Positions 22,669 to 32,389 of a stretch of DNA of 64,000 nucleotides are shown piece by piece. Position 1 is the first letter of the stretch; the number at the start of each line of letters is the position of its first letter. Source of the DNA: Pseudomonadota bacterium. GTDB taxonomy: Bacteria; Desulfobacterota; Desulfarculia; Desulfarculales; Desulfarculaceae. The translations under genes were made by a program, and so were the position numbers. The stretch covers positions 17,417 through 81,416 of the forward strand of contig JAHIQI010000066.1 of NCBI GenBank assembly GCA_018902755.1. Direction: 5' to 3'. Under the pieces are notes generated by a model. That model worked only from the letters and a program-made list of their open reading frames with translations, did not search any database and was not told where the DNA came from.

Positions 22669-23267
22669 CCGTGCAGCGCGATCTGGCCTTGGAAATCGCC
22701 CAAAGAGAGCTGCCCGAGGGCATTTTTGCTGCCTGGGAGCGCCTCTCAGCCGATCTTCTGCGCTGGAACCGGGCCCACAACCTCACCGGGCACCACGACC
22801 CCGCAGCCGCCTACCTGGATCTTTTTCTGGATTCCCTGGCCCTGGTTCCCCACGTGCAAGGCCCGGCCCTGCTGGACATCGGCTCGGGCGCAGGTTTTCC
22901 CGGCCTGGTGCTGGCCCTGGCCCTGCCGGAGCTGCGGGTGACGCTTTTGGAGCCACGCGCCAAGCGGGTGAGCTTCCACAAGCAGGCCATCCGGTCGCTG
23001 GAGCTGGGGGACAGGGTGCAAACCGTCATGGGCCGGGCGGGCGAGGCCCTGGAGGGGGAGCAATTCAGCACCGTCACCCTGCGGGCGGTCACTGACATTC
23101 CCGGCTCCCTGGAACTGGCCCAGCCCTACCTGGCCCCCGGCGGGGCGGTCCTGCTGCCCCGAGGGGCCAAAGACGCCGACCAGGCACGGAGCCTGAGCCT
23201 CAGCGTGGAGCCTTATTCCTTGGGCCCCGGCACAACCCCCCGGATTATTGCGATTTATCGCGGGTAA
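22653..23267 (+). CDS. rsmG: 16S rRNA (guanine527-N7)-methyltransferase RsmG
   Basis: LLDIGSGAGFPGLVLAL SAM motif; position after mnmE. Start ambiguous: TTG 22653 overlaps mnmE, and GTG 22671 is an alternative. Confidence 0.88.
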   Translation: MRGKVAVQRDLALEIAQRELPEGIFAAWERLSADLLRWNRAHNLTGHHDPAAAYLDLFLDSLALVPHVQGPALLDIGSGAGFPGLVLALALPELRVTLLEPRAKRVSFHKQAIRSLELGDRVQTVMGRAGEALEGEQFSTVTLRAVTDIPGSLELAQPYLAPGGAVLLPRGAKDADQARSLSLSVEPYSLGPGTTPRIIAIYRG

Positions 23268-23283
23268 TTTTCCGCCGCCCCCT

Positions 23284-23299
23284 TGTTTCACGTGAAACA
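23284..23299. promoter_or_regulatory. parS centromere site (perfect palindrome)
   Basis: TGTTTCACGTGAAACA matches the canonical ParB-binding parS consensus tGTTNCACGTGAAACa. Located just after rsmG, where parAB normally sit. Confidence 0.8.
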
Positions 23300-23341
23300 A
23301 AAGACCGCCTCCGGTGCACGGAGCGGCCCTTTGTCACGAAT

Positions 23342-23357
23342 TGTTTCACGTGCAACA
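23342..23357. promoter_or_regulatory. parS-like site (1 mismatch)
   Basis: TGTTTCACGTGCAACA, 43 nt downstream of the perfect site. Confidence 0.6.
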
Positions 23358-23389
23358 TTTCGCCCCCACAGCACCCCCCGGAGAATGAA

Positions 23390-23429
23390 TTGTTGGGTTT
23401 CGCTTCGCTCTACCCAACCTACGCTATTG
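23390..23429 (+). repeat. family-A repeat, copy A2
   Basis: Identical 40-mer to A1. Confidence 0.9.
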
Positions 23430-23496
23430 CTAAAGAGCACGGGCAAACAGCCGGTCCCTCCGTTCCCCTCTTTATTCCACAACGGTTTCTTAGAAT

Positions 23497-23602
23497 GCGG
23501 CACAGTCCAGGCAAGCGAGGGCAAGGCGTCCGGCGAGCGCGGGCCGGAGGCGTAGCCTGAGCTACGTCGAGGCCTAAGCGATGCCGGCAACGCAGCCATC
23601 GG
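23497..23602 (+). repeat. family-B module, copy B2
   Basis: GCGGCACAG-CCAGGCAAG...GGCAAGGCGTCCGGCGAGCG...GGAGGCGTAGC-CTGA-GCTACGTCGAGG...GAGCGATGCCGGCAACGCAGCCATCGG. Confidence 0.75.
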
Positions 23603-23646
23603 TTGTCTGGCTGCGCCGTCGCCTCGTTCGTTAGGAGAGAATTACT

Positions 23647-26022
23647 CTACGAATCGCCCATCGGGAAGATGATGCGGAAGGTACACCCCATCCCCGGCCT
23701 AGTGTTCAGCTCCACCCGGCCGCCGTGCTGCTGGATGATGCCGTGGCTGATGGCCAAGCCCAAGCCGGTGCCCCGGCCCCGGGGCTTGGTGGTGAAGAAA
23801 GGCTCGAACACCTTGCGGGCCACCTCTTCGTCCATGCCCGGCCCGCTGTCGGTGAAGGAGATGGCCACCTCGCGGGTCTGGGGGTTGTGGCGGGTGGTCA
23901 GCTCCAGGCGGCCCTGGCCCTCCATGGCCTCGGCGGCGTTGATGATCAGGTTGAGGAACACCTGCTCCACCTTGGCCCGCTGGCCCCAGAGCATGGGCAA
24001 CTCGGGGGCCAGATCCTTGACTAGCTCCACCCGGCGCAGGATCATGTGCCCTTCCATTAGCGAAAGCACCTCTGTGAGCACCCGATTGAGGTCCATGGGT
24101 TCTTTTTCCGGGGTGTCCTGGCGGGCGAAGTCCAACAAACCGCGCACGATGATCTTGCAGCGGTTGGTCAGCTTGATGATCTTGTCCACGGTGGTGGTCA
24201 GCTCGTTGCCCACCCCAAGGTCCTCTTGCAGCAGATGGGCGTAGGTTAGGATGCCGCCCAGGGGGTTGTTGACCTCGTGGGCGATGTCAAAGGCCAGCTT
24301 GCCGGTGGCGGCCAGGCGCTCGGAGCGGATCAGCTGCTCCTCCATGGCCTTGCGCATGGTCACGTCGCGGGTGCTGAACAGCAGGGCGGTGCTTCCCCGG
24401 TAGGGGCAGGGGGTGGCGGTCACCTCCAGGTCGAACACACCATCAGTGCGGACGCCCTGGCCCTCGAACACCGGAGCCCCGCCGCCCCGCTCCACTTGGC
24501 GCATCCATTCCAGATAGCTGCGGCGGCAGGAATCGGCCAAAAGCTCCAAAAAGTCGCTGCCCGCCTGGGTGATGTCGTGCAGGCCAAACATCTGTAAAAA
24601 GGCCTGGTTGCCGAAAATGAAGTGGTTGTAGTCGTGCAGCACGATGCCCTCGCGGTTGGCCTCCACCAGGGTTCGGTAAAGGGCCTCGCTCTGGGCCAGC
24701 TGGCGTTGCAGCTCCTTGAGGTCGGTGGTCTCGATGATGGCTTCCACCGCCCCGGTGATCTTGCCGCTCGAGTCGCGCAGGGGCGCGGCGGTGAAAAACA
24801 ACTCCTTGGGGCGGCCGCCCAGGCTTTCGAAGTAGTGCTCCGCCTCCCAGGCGTCGGGCGACATGGCCGAGCGGCGTAGGTTTTCCCTGCCGTAGATGGT
24901 TTTCAGCTTGGCCTGGTCATCGTCAACCACCACGTCGGCCAGGGACACCCCCTTGGGCCGGTTGAACACCTGCCAGGTCTTGTCGGTGCCCAAAACGTCC
25001 GCCCGGCTCCAGCCGGTCAGCTCCTCGCAGGCCTTGTTCCAGTGGCGAACCTTGTGGGCCTTGTCCACCACGAAGATGGCCACGGGCACCAACTCCAGGA
25101 TGGAGGCCACCAGGCGCCGCTCCTGCTCGATCTGCTCCTGGGCATGCTTGGCGGCGGTGATGTCCTTGATGATGCCCTCGTAGCCCAGCACAACCGAGTT
25201 TTGCTCGCGCACCGAGGCGGTGATGGCCACCTCGATGGGGGTGCCGTTCTTTTTCTTGAAGGAGACCTCGTAGTCCTTGACGAAGCCGTCCTTTTCGATG
25301 GCCGCCTGGAAGCGCTTGCGGTCGTTGGGGTTCAGATAGGCCTTTTGGGCGCTGTCCGGGGTGGCCAACACCTCCTCCTTGGAGGAGTAGCCCAGCATCT
25401 CCACCCCGGCGGGGTTCACGTCCACCCAACGGCCGTCGCGGGAAGACAGGTAGATCATGTCGCGGGAGTTGGCGAAGATGCGGCTGTAGTCGTCCTGGCG
25501 GGCATGGACCTGGTCGCTCAGCAGCACGTTGTCCACGGTCATGGCCAGGACCCCGGCGGCGGCCTGGGCGAAGCCGGCCCCCCAAGGCGGACGCTCCCGG
25601 AAGCGCAGCAGGGCCAAACCGCTGCCCAAGACCCTGGTCAGGGGCCACAGGGCCAGCCATTGCTCCTCGGCCAGATCCATAACCAGGCGGTCGAACTGGG
25701 GCCAACCGCTCTCCAACGGGTCGCCGGGACCCACGGATACCCAGCCCACCCGGCCCAGGGGCTCGCCGGGACAGCCCGGCGGGGATTGAGCCATGGTCCG
25801 CAAACGGCGGGCTTCGGCCGGGGGAAGCCCCCAAGTGGCGTTCATTATCAGGTTTCCACCGCGCTCCCAGGCGGTGATCGCCCCTCCGGTGGCACCCAGA
25901 AGGCTGCCCGCCGTGGAGATGAGGGCGCGGCCCTGGCGGTTGGGTGGGGAGCTCCGGGCAAGGATCGGCCGGAATTCCTCGAAAAACCTGTTAAGCTCTA
26001 CCAAATTGCGGACCAAATCCAT
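23647..26022 (-). CDS. cytoplasmic multi-PAS sensor histidine kinase (GAF-like N-terminus, ~3 PAS, HisKA, HATPase_c)
   Basis: H-box FDIAHEVNNPLGG; N, G1 and G2 boxes (NLIINAAEAM, DSGPGM, GTGLGLAIS); repeated PAS-like segments. No TM segments seen. Confidence 0.9.
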   Translation of the reverse strand: MDLVRNLVELNRFFEEFRPILARSSPPNRQGRALISTAGSLLGATGGAITAWERGGNLIMNATWGLPPAEARRLRTMAQSPPGCPGEPLGRVGWVSVGPGDPLESGWPQFDRLVMDLAEEQWLALWPLTRVLGSGLALLRFRERPPWGAGFAQAAAGVLAMTVDNVLLSDQVHARQDDYSRIFANSRDMIYLSSRDGRWVDVNPAGVEMLGYSSKEEVLATPDSAQKAYLNPNDRKRFQAAIEKDGFVKDYEVSFKKKNGTPIEVAITASVREQNSVVLGYEGIIKDITAAKHAQEQIEQERRLVASILELVPVAIFVVDKAHKVRHWNKACEELTGWSRADVLGTDKTWQVFNRPKGVSLADVVVDDDQAKLKTIYGRENLRRSAMSPDAWEAEHYFESLGGRPKELFFTAAPLRDSSGKITGAVEAIIETTDLKELQRQLAQSEALYRTLVEANREGIVLHDYNHFIFGNQAFLQMFGLHDITQAGSDFLELLADSCRRSYLEWMRQVERGGGAPVFEGQGVRTDGVFDLEVTATPCPYRGSTALLFSTRDVTMRKAMEEQLIRSERLAATGKLAFDIAHEVNNPLGGILTYAHLLQEDLGVGNELTTTVDKIIKLTNRCKIIVRGLLDFARQDTPEKEPMDLNRVLTEVLSLMEGHMILRRVELVKDLAPELPMLWGQRAKVEQVFLNLIINAAEAMEGQGRLELTTRHNPQTREVAISFTDSGPGMDEEVARKVFEPFFTTKPRGRGTGLGLAISHGIIQQHGGRVELNTRPGMGCTFRIIFPMGDS

Positions 26023-26109
26023 CTCCCAGACTGCGTAAGCCCTGGTTGAATTGTATAATTACTAGTAAAGTGCTGTAAAGCGATAAGAACAAGCTAACAA
26101 GCTCCGGAA

Positions 26110-26125
26110 TGTGTCACGTGAAACA
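26110..26125. promoter_or_regulatory. parS-like site (1 mismatch)
   Basis: TGTGTCACGTGAAACA in the 450-nt intergenic region between the kinase gene and trmFO. Confidence 0.6.
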
Positions 26126-26474
26126 AAGTGCCCTCCGAAAAGGGCTTCACGGCGCTGACGGAAGCGCGCAAGGGGCGCCCTGGTATAACTTCCGGCCGGT
26201 TTGAGTCCCGGCGCAGCCAAAAAGCCCGTGGATGTTGGGTCCGGGCGCAAAAGGGGGCGCAGTTTAACCCCCACAAGGCCCATAGGGCAACAGCCGGATT
26301 TACCGTGCTAAAAAGGCGACAAATATTGCAGTGACCCACCGGCAGGCAAACTTGGACCATAAATTAAGGGGTGTTTGTCCCCTCTGAGGGCTGAAACTGC
26401 CAGAGTTTATACCCCAGGCAGGCGCTGGGAGCAGATTCCCAGGCCACCGGGCTTCTGAAAGGCGGGAAAAAGCG

Positions 26475-27827
26475 GTGCCCCAAGAACTTTTGGTGATCGG
26501 AGGCGGCCTGGCGGGCTGCGAGGCGGCCCTGGCCGCGGCCCGGGCGGGAGTGGCGGTGCGCCTGGTGGACATGAAGCCCCAGGAGTTTTCCCCGGCCCAT
26601 CACTCGCCCCACCTGGGGGAGCTGGTGTGCTCCAACTCCCTGCGCTCGGACGTGATCACCAGCGCGGTGGGCCTGCTCAAGGCCGAAATGACCCTGTTGG
26701 GCTCGGCGGTCATGACCGCCGCCCGAGCCACGGCGGTGGGCGCGGGCAAGGCCCTGGCCGTGGACCGCGAGGCCTTTGCCAAGCATCTGGAGGGCCAGAT
26801 TGCGGCCCAGCCCCTGATCAGCCGCGAGAGCGCACGGGTGGATGCGCTGCCGGACCATGTGGCGGTTTTGGCCACCGGCCCGCTCACCGCCGGGGCCCTC
26901 GCCGAGGAACTTGCCAAGCTAACCAGCAGCATTCACTTGCATTTTTATGATGCCATCGCCCCCATCGTGTCCCTGGAGTCGGTGGACATGGAGCGCGCCT
27001 ATTGGGGAGACCGCTACGGCGAGCCGGGGCAGGGGGATTACCTCAACTGCCCCCTGAGCCGGGAAGAGTGGGGCGAGTTCTACGCCGCCCTGATCTCCGG
27101 CGACCAGGTGCCGCTCAAGGACTTCGAATCGCCCCAGTTCTTCGAGGGCTGCCTGCCCATAGAGGTCATGGCCGCACGCGGCGAAAAGACCCTGCTTTTC
27201 GGCCCCATGAAACCGGTGGGCCTGGAAGACCCGGCCACGGGCAAGCGTCCTCACGCGGTGGTGCAACTGCGCAAGGAAAACTTGGAGGGTAGCCTCCTGA
27301 ATCTGGTGGGCTTCCAGACCAAGCTCACCTACCAGGCCCAAGACCTGGTTTTCCGCAAGATTCCCGCCCTGGCCGGGGCCGAGTTCGTGCGCTGGGGCTC
27401 CATCCACCGCAACACCTTTCTGGACGCGCCCCGGGTTTTGGACCCCCACCAGCGGTTGAAGGCCGCGCCACACCTGTTTGTAGCCGGACAACTCTCCGGG
27501 GTGGAAGGCTATGTCGAGTCGTCGGCCATGGGGATACTCTGTGGTGTCAACGCTGCCAACCTGTTGTGTCAACGCACCCTGATCAGCCCACCGCCCACCA
27601 GCGCCCTGGGTGGGCTGGTAACGCATCTGCAAAACACGGCCACCAAAAGCTTTCAGCCCAGCAACATCAACTTCGGCCTGCTGCCTCCCCTGGAAGGCCG
27701 GGTGTTCAAGCGCCAGCGCGGGGCGGCCCAGGCCCGCCGGGGCCTGGCCGATTTCCTGGCCTGGATGGAGGCCTCCGGCCTGGAGCCCGCCGGCGATATC
27801 CCCCAGCTGCCCGAGGAAGCCGGCTAA
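26475..27827 (+). CDS. trmFO: methylenetetrahydrofolate--tRNA-(uracil54-C5)-methyltransferase TrmFO
   Basis: VIGGGLAGCEAALAAARAG FAD motif; HSPHLGELVCSNSLRSD; 450 aa. Confidence 0.92.
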   Translation: MPQELLVIGGGLAGCEAALAAARAGVAVRLVDMKPQEFSPAHHSPHLGELVCSNSLRSDVITSAVGLLKAEMTLLGSAVMTAARATAVGAGKALAVDREAFAKHLEGQIAAQPLISRESARVDALPDHVAVLATGPLTAGALAEELAKLTSSIHLHFYDAIAPIVSLESVDMERAYWGDRYGEPGQGDYLNCPLSREEWGEFYAALISGDQVPLKDFESPQFFEGCLPIEVMAARGEKTLLFGPMKPVGLEDPATGKRPHAVVQLRKENLEGSLLNLVGFQTKLTYQAQDLVFRKIPALAGAEFVRWGSIHRNTFLDAPRVLDPHQRLKAAPHLFVAGQLSGVEGYVESSAMGILCGVNAANLLCQRTLISPPPTSALGGLVTHLQNTATKSFQPSNINFGLLPPLEGRVFKRQRGAAQARRGLADFLAWMEASGLEPAGDIPQLPEEAG

Positions 27828-27879
27828 ATTTCTAGCAAAACCCTTGTCACCCCCTCCGGGGCGCTGCTAAAAGGAAGGC

Positions 27880-28845
27880 ATGGCTTTCTGTAGCCGCAAA
27901 ACCTGGCACTTATGGTTGGGGGCGGGATTTTTCGCCCTGGCCGTGGGCGGGTCCCTGGCCGGAGTGGGCTGGATACGGGTCTGGTTCTACCAGTTTGCCT
28001 GGTGGGGCTACATTTGTATGGCTGATGCATGTATCCAGCGTATCCAGGGCAACAGCCTGTTGGTGGACCGGCGTAGGGTGTTTTGGACCATGTGTCTGGT
28101 GAGCGCCGCCTTCTGGTTCGGCTGGGAGATGGTGAACCTTCGCCTGCAAAACTGGTTCTACCTCGGGGTGCCCCCCCAGATTGAGCAACGCTGGCCGGGA
28201 TCCTTCATCGCCTTCGCCACGGTCCTGCCGGGAATCTTCCTCACCTACGAGCTTATCGGCCTCACGGGGCTGTCCTGGGGGCGCGGGGTGCGGCCCATCC
28301 CCGTCACCCGGGCCTGGTATCCTTGGTTTTTGGGTGTTGGCGTAATAATGGCAATTCTTCCTATTACTTACCCGAAGGTGTTTTTCCCTATGGTTTGGGG
28401 TTCCGTGGTGTTTCTGCTGGAGCCCATCAACCACCGCCTGGGCGCCAGGAGCCTTATGCGCTCCTGGGAGCGGGGCGATCTGTCGCCTTTCGTGCGCCTG
28501 CTGCTGGCCGGGCTGCTGTGCGGGATTTTCTGGGAATCCTGGAACTGGTTGGCCGACGCCCGCTGGACCTATAATATTCCCTATCTGAACGAGCCCAAGA
28601 TTTTCGCCATGCCCCTGGCCGGGTACCTGGGGTTTCCGCCCTTCGCGGTGGAGTGCTACGTGTTCTACGCCACGGTCAGCCTCATTTGGGGCGGGCGGGG
28701 CTGGGAAGCGGATGACTACCGGGCTTCGGTGCGCCCCATGGCCCCGGCCTGGCTGCGTTGGCTCCTGGGCCTTGGCGCGGTGGCCTACGGCCTGTGGATG
28801 TGCCACATGATCGACCTCTATTTAGTAAAAGGATGGCTCTCCTGA
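27880..28845 (+). CDS. polytopic integral membrane protein, function unknown
   Basis: About 8 hydrophobic segments, Trp-rich; good RBS (AAGGAAGG). I recognise no family. Confidence 0.6.
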   Translation: MAFCSRKTWHLWLGAGFFALAVGGSLAGVGWIRVWFYQFAWWGYICMADACIQRIQGNSLLVDRRRVFWTMCLVSAAFWFGWEMVNLRLQNWFYLGVPPQIEQRWPGSFIAFATVLPGIFLTYELIGLTGLSWGRGVRPIPVTRAWYPWFLGVGVIMAILPITYPKVFFPMVWGSVVFLLEPINHRLGARSLMRSWERGDLSPFVRLLLAGLLCGIFWESWNWLADARWTYNIPYLNEPKIFAMPLAGYLGFPPFAVECYVFYATVSLIWGGRGWEADDYRASVRPMAPAWLRWLLGLGAVAYGLWMCHMIDLYLVKGWLS

Positions 28846-30152
28846 GCAAAACCTACTATCTGCTCAACCTGGGCTGCGCCAAGAACCTGGTGGAGGGCGA
28901 ACACCTGGCCGGGCTGCTGTTGTCCGACGGCTGGTCGGCGGTGGAGCGACCCGAGGAGGCCGAGCTGCTCCTTTTGAACACCTGCGGCTTCATCCAGCCC
29001 GCGGTGGAGGAGGCCATCGAGGCCGCCCTGGAGCTGGCCGACGGCAAGACCGAGGCCCAGCGCCTGGTGGTGGCCGGATGCCTGGTGGGGCGCTACGGCA
29101 AAAAGCTGGCGACCGACCTGCCCGAGGCCGATCTCCTGCTGGCCCCCGGCGAGGCCTCCAATCTGCTCAAGCACCTGGCCGCGCCGCCAACCGGACGCTT
29201 GGCCATCAGCCCGCCGCGCTCGTTGTTCGGCGGGTCCGACCCCCGCGCGCTCAGCACCGGGCCTGGCTGGGCCTATTTACGCGTCTCCGACGGCTGCGCC
29301 CAGTCCTGCGCCTTTTGCACCATCCCCCATATCCGGGGCCCCCTGCGCTCACGCCCCCTGGACGATGTCCTGGCCGAGGCCGCCAACCTGGCCGAGTTGG
29401 GGGTGCGCGAGCTGAACCTGGTGGCCCAGGACCTGACCTCCTACGGCCGCGACCTGGGCGGGCCGGGCCTGGCCGAACTGCTCAGCGCCCTATCTACTAT
29501 AGAAGGCGTTCAGTGGCTTCGGCCTCTGTACCTGCACCCGGACCTCATCGACGACAAGCTCATCGCCGCCATCCTGGCCAACCCCAAGGCGGCCCCGTAC
29601 TTCGACCTGCCCTTGCAGCACGTGGCCGACCCGGTGCTGAAGGCCATGGGCCGCAAGCGCAGCGGCTCCGAGCTGAAGGCCCTGGTCCGGGGCATCCGCC
29701 GGGCCGCGCCCCAGGCGGTGTTGCGCACCACCCTGTTGGTGGGCCACCCCGGCGAGGGCCAGGCCGAGTTCGCCGCCCTCAAGGAGTTCGTGGCCGAGAT
29801 GGAGTTCGACCGCCTGGGGGTGTTCCCCTACAGCCCCGAGGCGGGCACCCGCAGCGCCCGCCTGCCCGCGCCGCCGCCCCAGGTGGCCGCCAAGAGGGCC
29901 GCCCAGATCATGGAGCTGCAACGGCGCATCAGCCGCCGCCGCCTGGCCCCCCTGGAGGGGAAAACCCTGCCGGTGCTGGTCTTGGGCCCCCACCCGGACA
30001 GCGATCTGGTGTGGGCCGGGCGCACCCAGGCCCAGGCCCCGGAGGTGGACGGCCTGGTGATCATCACCGAGGGCTCGGCCGCGCCGGGCAGCATCGCCCC
30101 CTGCCGCATCACCGCCACCCACGACTACGACCTGGAAGGGGTCCTGGTCTAG
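28833..30152 (+). CDS. rimO: radical-SAM methylthiotransferase, RimO-like (ribosomal protein S12 Asp88)
   Basis: UPF0004 N-domain (LGCAKNLVEGEHLAG...NTCGF), radical SAM CAQSCAFCTIP, C-terminal TRAM. Start set at ATG 28833 (MALLSKTYYLL); the track ORF is over-extended. RimO versus MiaB cannot be fully separated by eye. Confidence 0.75.
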   Translation: MALLSKTYYLLNLGCAKNLVEGEHLAGLLLSDGWSAVERPEEAELLLLNTCGFIQPAVEEAIEAALELADGKTEAQRLVVAGCLVGRYGKKLATDLPEADLLLAPGEASNLLKHLAAPPTGRLAISPPRSLFGGSDPRALSTGPGWAYLRVSDGCAQSCAFCTIPHIRGPLRSRPLDDVLAEAANLAELGVRELNLVAQDLTSYGRDLGGPGLAELLSALSTIEGVQWLRPLYLHPDLIDDKLIAAILANPKAAPYFDLPLQHVADPVLKAMGRKRSGSELKALVRGIRRAAPQAVLRTTLLVGHPGEGQAEFAALKEFVAEMEFDRLGVFPYSPEAGTRSARLPAPPPQVAAKRAAQIMELQRRISRRRLAPLEGKTLPVLVLGPHPDSDLVWAGRTQAQAPEVDGLVIITEGSAAPGSIAPCRITATHDYDLEGVLV

Positions 30153-30212
30153 GCCCCGTAATTTGCAGCCCCGCCGGTAGGGGTATTATGGAGTTAACGC
30201 GGGAAGGGGACT

Positions 30213-30497
30213 ATGGATCGCAACCCACTGCCATATGAAAACCTCGGCGGACCAGCCCTGGACAGCTTCGGCGAGCTGTTGGCCTACGTGTTCCTGGGCG
30301 GCATCGGCCTGGTGTTGCTGCTGGTGGTGGTGTGGTTGTTCATGCGCGTTATGAGCCGGCTGGGTTGGTACACCCCCACCGGGCCGGTGGAGCAGCGCAT
30401 GGGCCAGCTGCTCATCCTGGCCCTGCTCACGGTGATCATGGTGGGCGGCGTGGCGGTCATTTTCTTTTGGTTTGCGCTGGATCCATCTCCCGAATAG
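30213..30497 (+). CDS. small two-TM membrane protein, hypothetical
   Basis: 94 aa, two clear hydrophobic helices, RBS GGGAAGGGGA. Confidence 0.5.
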   Translation: MDRNPLPYENLGGPALDSFGELLAYVFLGGIGLVLLLVVVWLFMRVMSRLGWYTPTGPVEQRMGQLLILALLTVIMVGGVAVIFFWFALDPSPE

Positions 30498-30526
30498 CCT
30501 CCTAGACCATAGTGCCGTTTACAAGC

Positions 30527-30668
30527 AGGCTTCGCCAGGAAGCGCCATGCCGCGTTGCCGGCGGCGCTCAAGCCTTGATGTGGCTAAGGCCACACCTACG
30601 GCTCTCGCTTGCCGGACGCCTTGCCTGGCCCTCCCTGGCCGTGCCGGGGGGCGGCGAGTGCCGAGGCG
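30527..30668 (-). repeat. family-B module, copy B3 (inverted)
   Basis: The reverse complement carries CGGCACGGCCAGGGAGGGCCAGGCAAGGCGTCCGGCAAGCGAG...[GTGTGGC/GCCACAT hairpin]...GAGCGCCGCCGGCAACGCGGCATGGCGCTTCCTGGCGAAGCC. Confidence 0.75.
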
Positions 30669-30697
30669 GTCTAGAAAGAAAGACCCTCGCATTCAAG

Positions 30698-30737
30698 CAA
30701 TAGCGTAGGTTGGGTAGAGCGAAGCGAAACCCAACAA
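30698..30737 (-). repeat. family-A repeat, copy A3 (inverted)
   Basis: CAATAGCGTAGGTTGGGTAGAGCGAAGCGAAACCCAACAA is the exact reverse complement of A1/A2. Confidence 0.9.
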
Positions 30738-30833
30738 CACCCTGCAATCATCGCCTCTCCAGGCGACGACACCGCTTTTACCGCACAGTTAAAGGGATAA
30801 ATGCAAGGCGTGTCCGGCTGGCTTCGCGGGCCT

Positions 30834-31343
30834 CTATTGATCGGGCTTGCCCAGGGACTGGATGCGCCTGCCCAGCAGGGCCAGGCGCTGGGCCAACAGC
30901 GGCTCCGGGTCCAGCACGTTCAGATGTCCCCATCGGGCCATGGCCAAGACCAGGCCCTCGGGCTCGCCCACCAGGAAGGGGAACACCCCGCGCCCGCTGG
31001 GCTCGGCCGGGGCCTGGGCCATCATCTCCCGTCGGCGGCTGGGGCTGCTCAGCCAGGGGCGCACCTCGTCCTCGCCGTCCAAGGGAGCCAGGGCCAACAG
31101 CTCGATCACCTGCTCCTGATCCAGGCCGTCCAGGATGGCCAGGGCCACCGGCTGCTCGGGGCGGGTGACCAGGTACAGGCGCAGGCGTTTAGCCCGCTCT
31201 AGTTTCTCCAGCTCGGCAGTGAAGTGGGCCGGGGTGTAGGCCACCTCCGCCGGGCGGAACAGGCTGCGCCAGCGCCGCGCGAAATCGGCGATGGCCCCCA
31301 GCTCGGCCTGGGGGTCGAAGCTAACCTTGCTCTTTAAGCGCAT
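30834..31343 (-). CDS. hypothetical protein (~169 aa)
   Basis: Coding-like composition. Start taken at the internal Met (MRLKSKVSFD), which overlaps the upstream PP-loop gene by 23 nt. No family recognised. Confidence 0.45.
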   Translation of the reverse strand: MRLKSKVSFDPQAELGAIADFARRWRSLFRPAEVAYTPAHFTAELEKLERAKRLRLYLVTRPEQPVALAILDGLDQEQVIELLALAPLDGEDEVRPWLSSPSRRREMMAQAPAEPSGRGVFPFLVGEPEGLVLAMARWGHLNVLDPEPLLAQRLALLGRRIQSLGKPDQ

Positions 31344-32286
31344 CTCGCTTGGTGCTTTCGCGCTGGCGGGTGTTTTCCAAAAACCGGCAGATGGTGCACA
31401 CCTCGGCAAAGCTGGGCATGCCGCACACCGAGCAGCGCTCCTCCATCTCCGGCTTGGCGGGGGGAGCGCCCTTGTCCTCCAGGTAGCCCTGGTAGAAGTT
31501 TATGGTGGTGCCTGGCATGCGCTCTTCCAGCAGGCGCACCGCCTCGGTGTAATAGGGCAGGGTGGCTCCCTTGGAGCGGGGGCAGGTGCCCTTGGCCACG
31601 GACCAGCCCTGGGACTTGGCGTAGGACTTCAGCTCCGCCCCGCGCAGGCGGCACAGCGGCTTTATCTTTTTGGCGAAGGCCCCCGGCGCGCCGGGCAGGG
31701 TGGGCCACTGGCTGTCCAGGTAGCGCTGGTGGCGGCGCACCAGGTTGCCCAGCAGGCGGGCGGCCTCGTCGTCCAGGTGGTGGCCGGTGGCCAAAACCTC
31801 GAAGCCCAGGTCCAGGCAGGCCTTGTTCAGGTAGTAGCGCTTGAGGGTGCCGCACACCGAGCAGAAGGAGCGCTTGTTGGCCCAGGCTATCTGCTGCACC
31901 CCGAACCCGGCCAGCTCGGCCATGTTCATTAGATGCAGCGGGGCCCCCAGGCGCTGGGCCATGGCCTGGCTGGCCGCCAGGGAGGCCTCGCCGAACTTGC
32001 CGTCGCCCAGCTCCAGGGCCAGGTGCAGCCCCTCGACCTGGTAGCCCAGATCCAAAAGCACCTGCCACAGGGCCAGGGAGTCCTTGCCGCCGCTCACCGC
32101 CACCAGGACCTTTTGCCCGGGTTCGAGCATGTCGTACTGCTTGATGGCCTTCTCGGTCTGGCGGCGCACGAAGATGCCCAGGCACTTGTCGCAGAAGCGG
32201 GCGTTGTGGCTGGGCAGGCGGTGCTGGGCCGGCTGGCGGCAGCGGGAGCATTTCATGCCGTCGATGTTCATGCAGCGGGTCTCCAA
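31321..32286 (-). CDS. PP-loop ATP-pyrophosphatase, TtuA/TtcA-like tRNA 2-thiolation enzyme with flanking Cys clusters
   Basis: SGGKDS PP-loop. N-terminal CxxC...CxxC (KCSRCRQPA...FCDKC). Central CSVCG. C-terminal CSVCGMPSFAEVCTIC. Confidence 0.75.
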   Translation of the reverse strand: METRCMNIDGMKCSRCRQPAQHRLPSHNARFCDKCLGIFVRRQTEKAIKQYDMLEPGQKVLVAVSGGKDSLALWQVLLDLGYQVEGLHLALELGDGKFGEASLAASQAMAQRLGAPLHLMNMAELAGFGVQQIAWANKRSFCSVCGTLKRYYLNKACLDLGFEVLATGHHLDDEAARLLGNLVRRHQRYLDSQWPTLPGAPGAFAKKIKPLCRLRGAELKSYAKSQGWSVAKGTCPRSKGATLPYYTEAVRLLEERMPGTTINFYQGYLEDKGAPPAKPEMEERCSVCGMPSFAEVCTICRFLENTRQRESTKRDALKEQG

Positions 32287-32389
32287 TCATTACCGATACT
32301 TTACATTAAGTATTATAGTAGGTTAAAAATATTCAGCCACTCTGCCAGTAAGGGTGTAGTAACTTTTGCACATGCCTTCGGGGGGAGTA

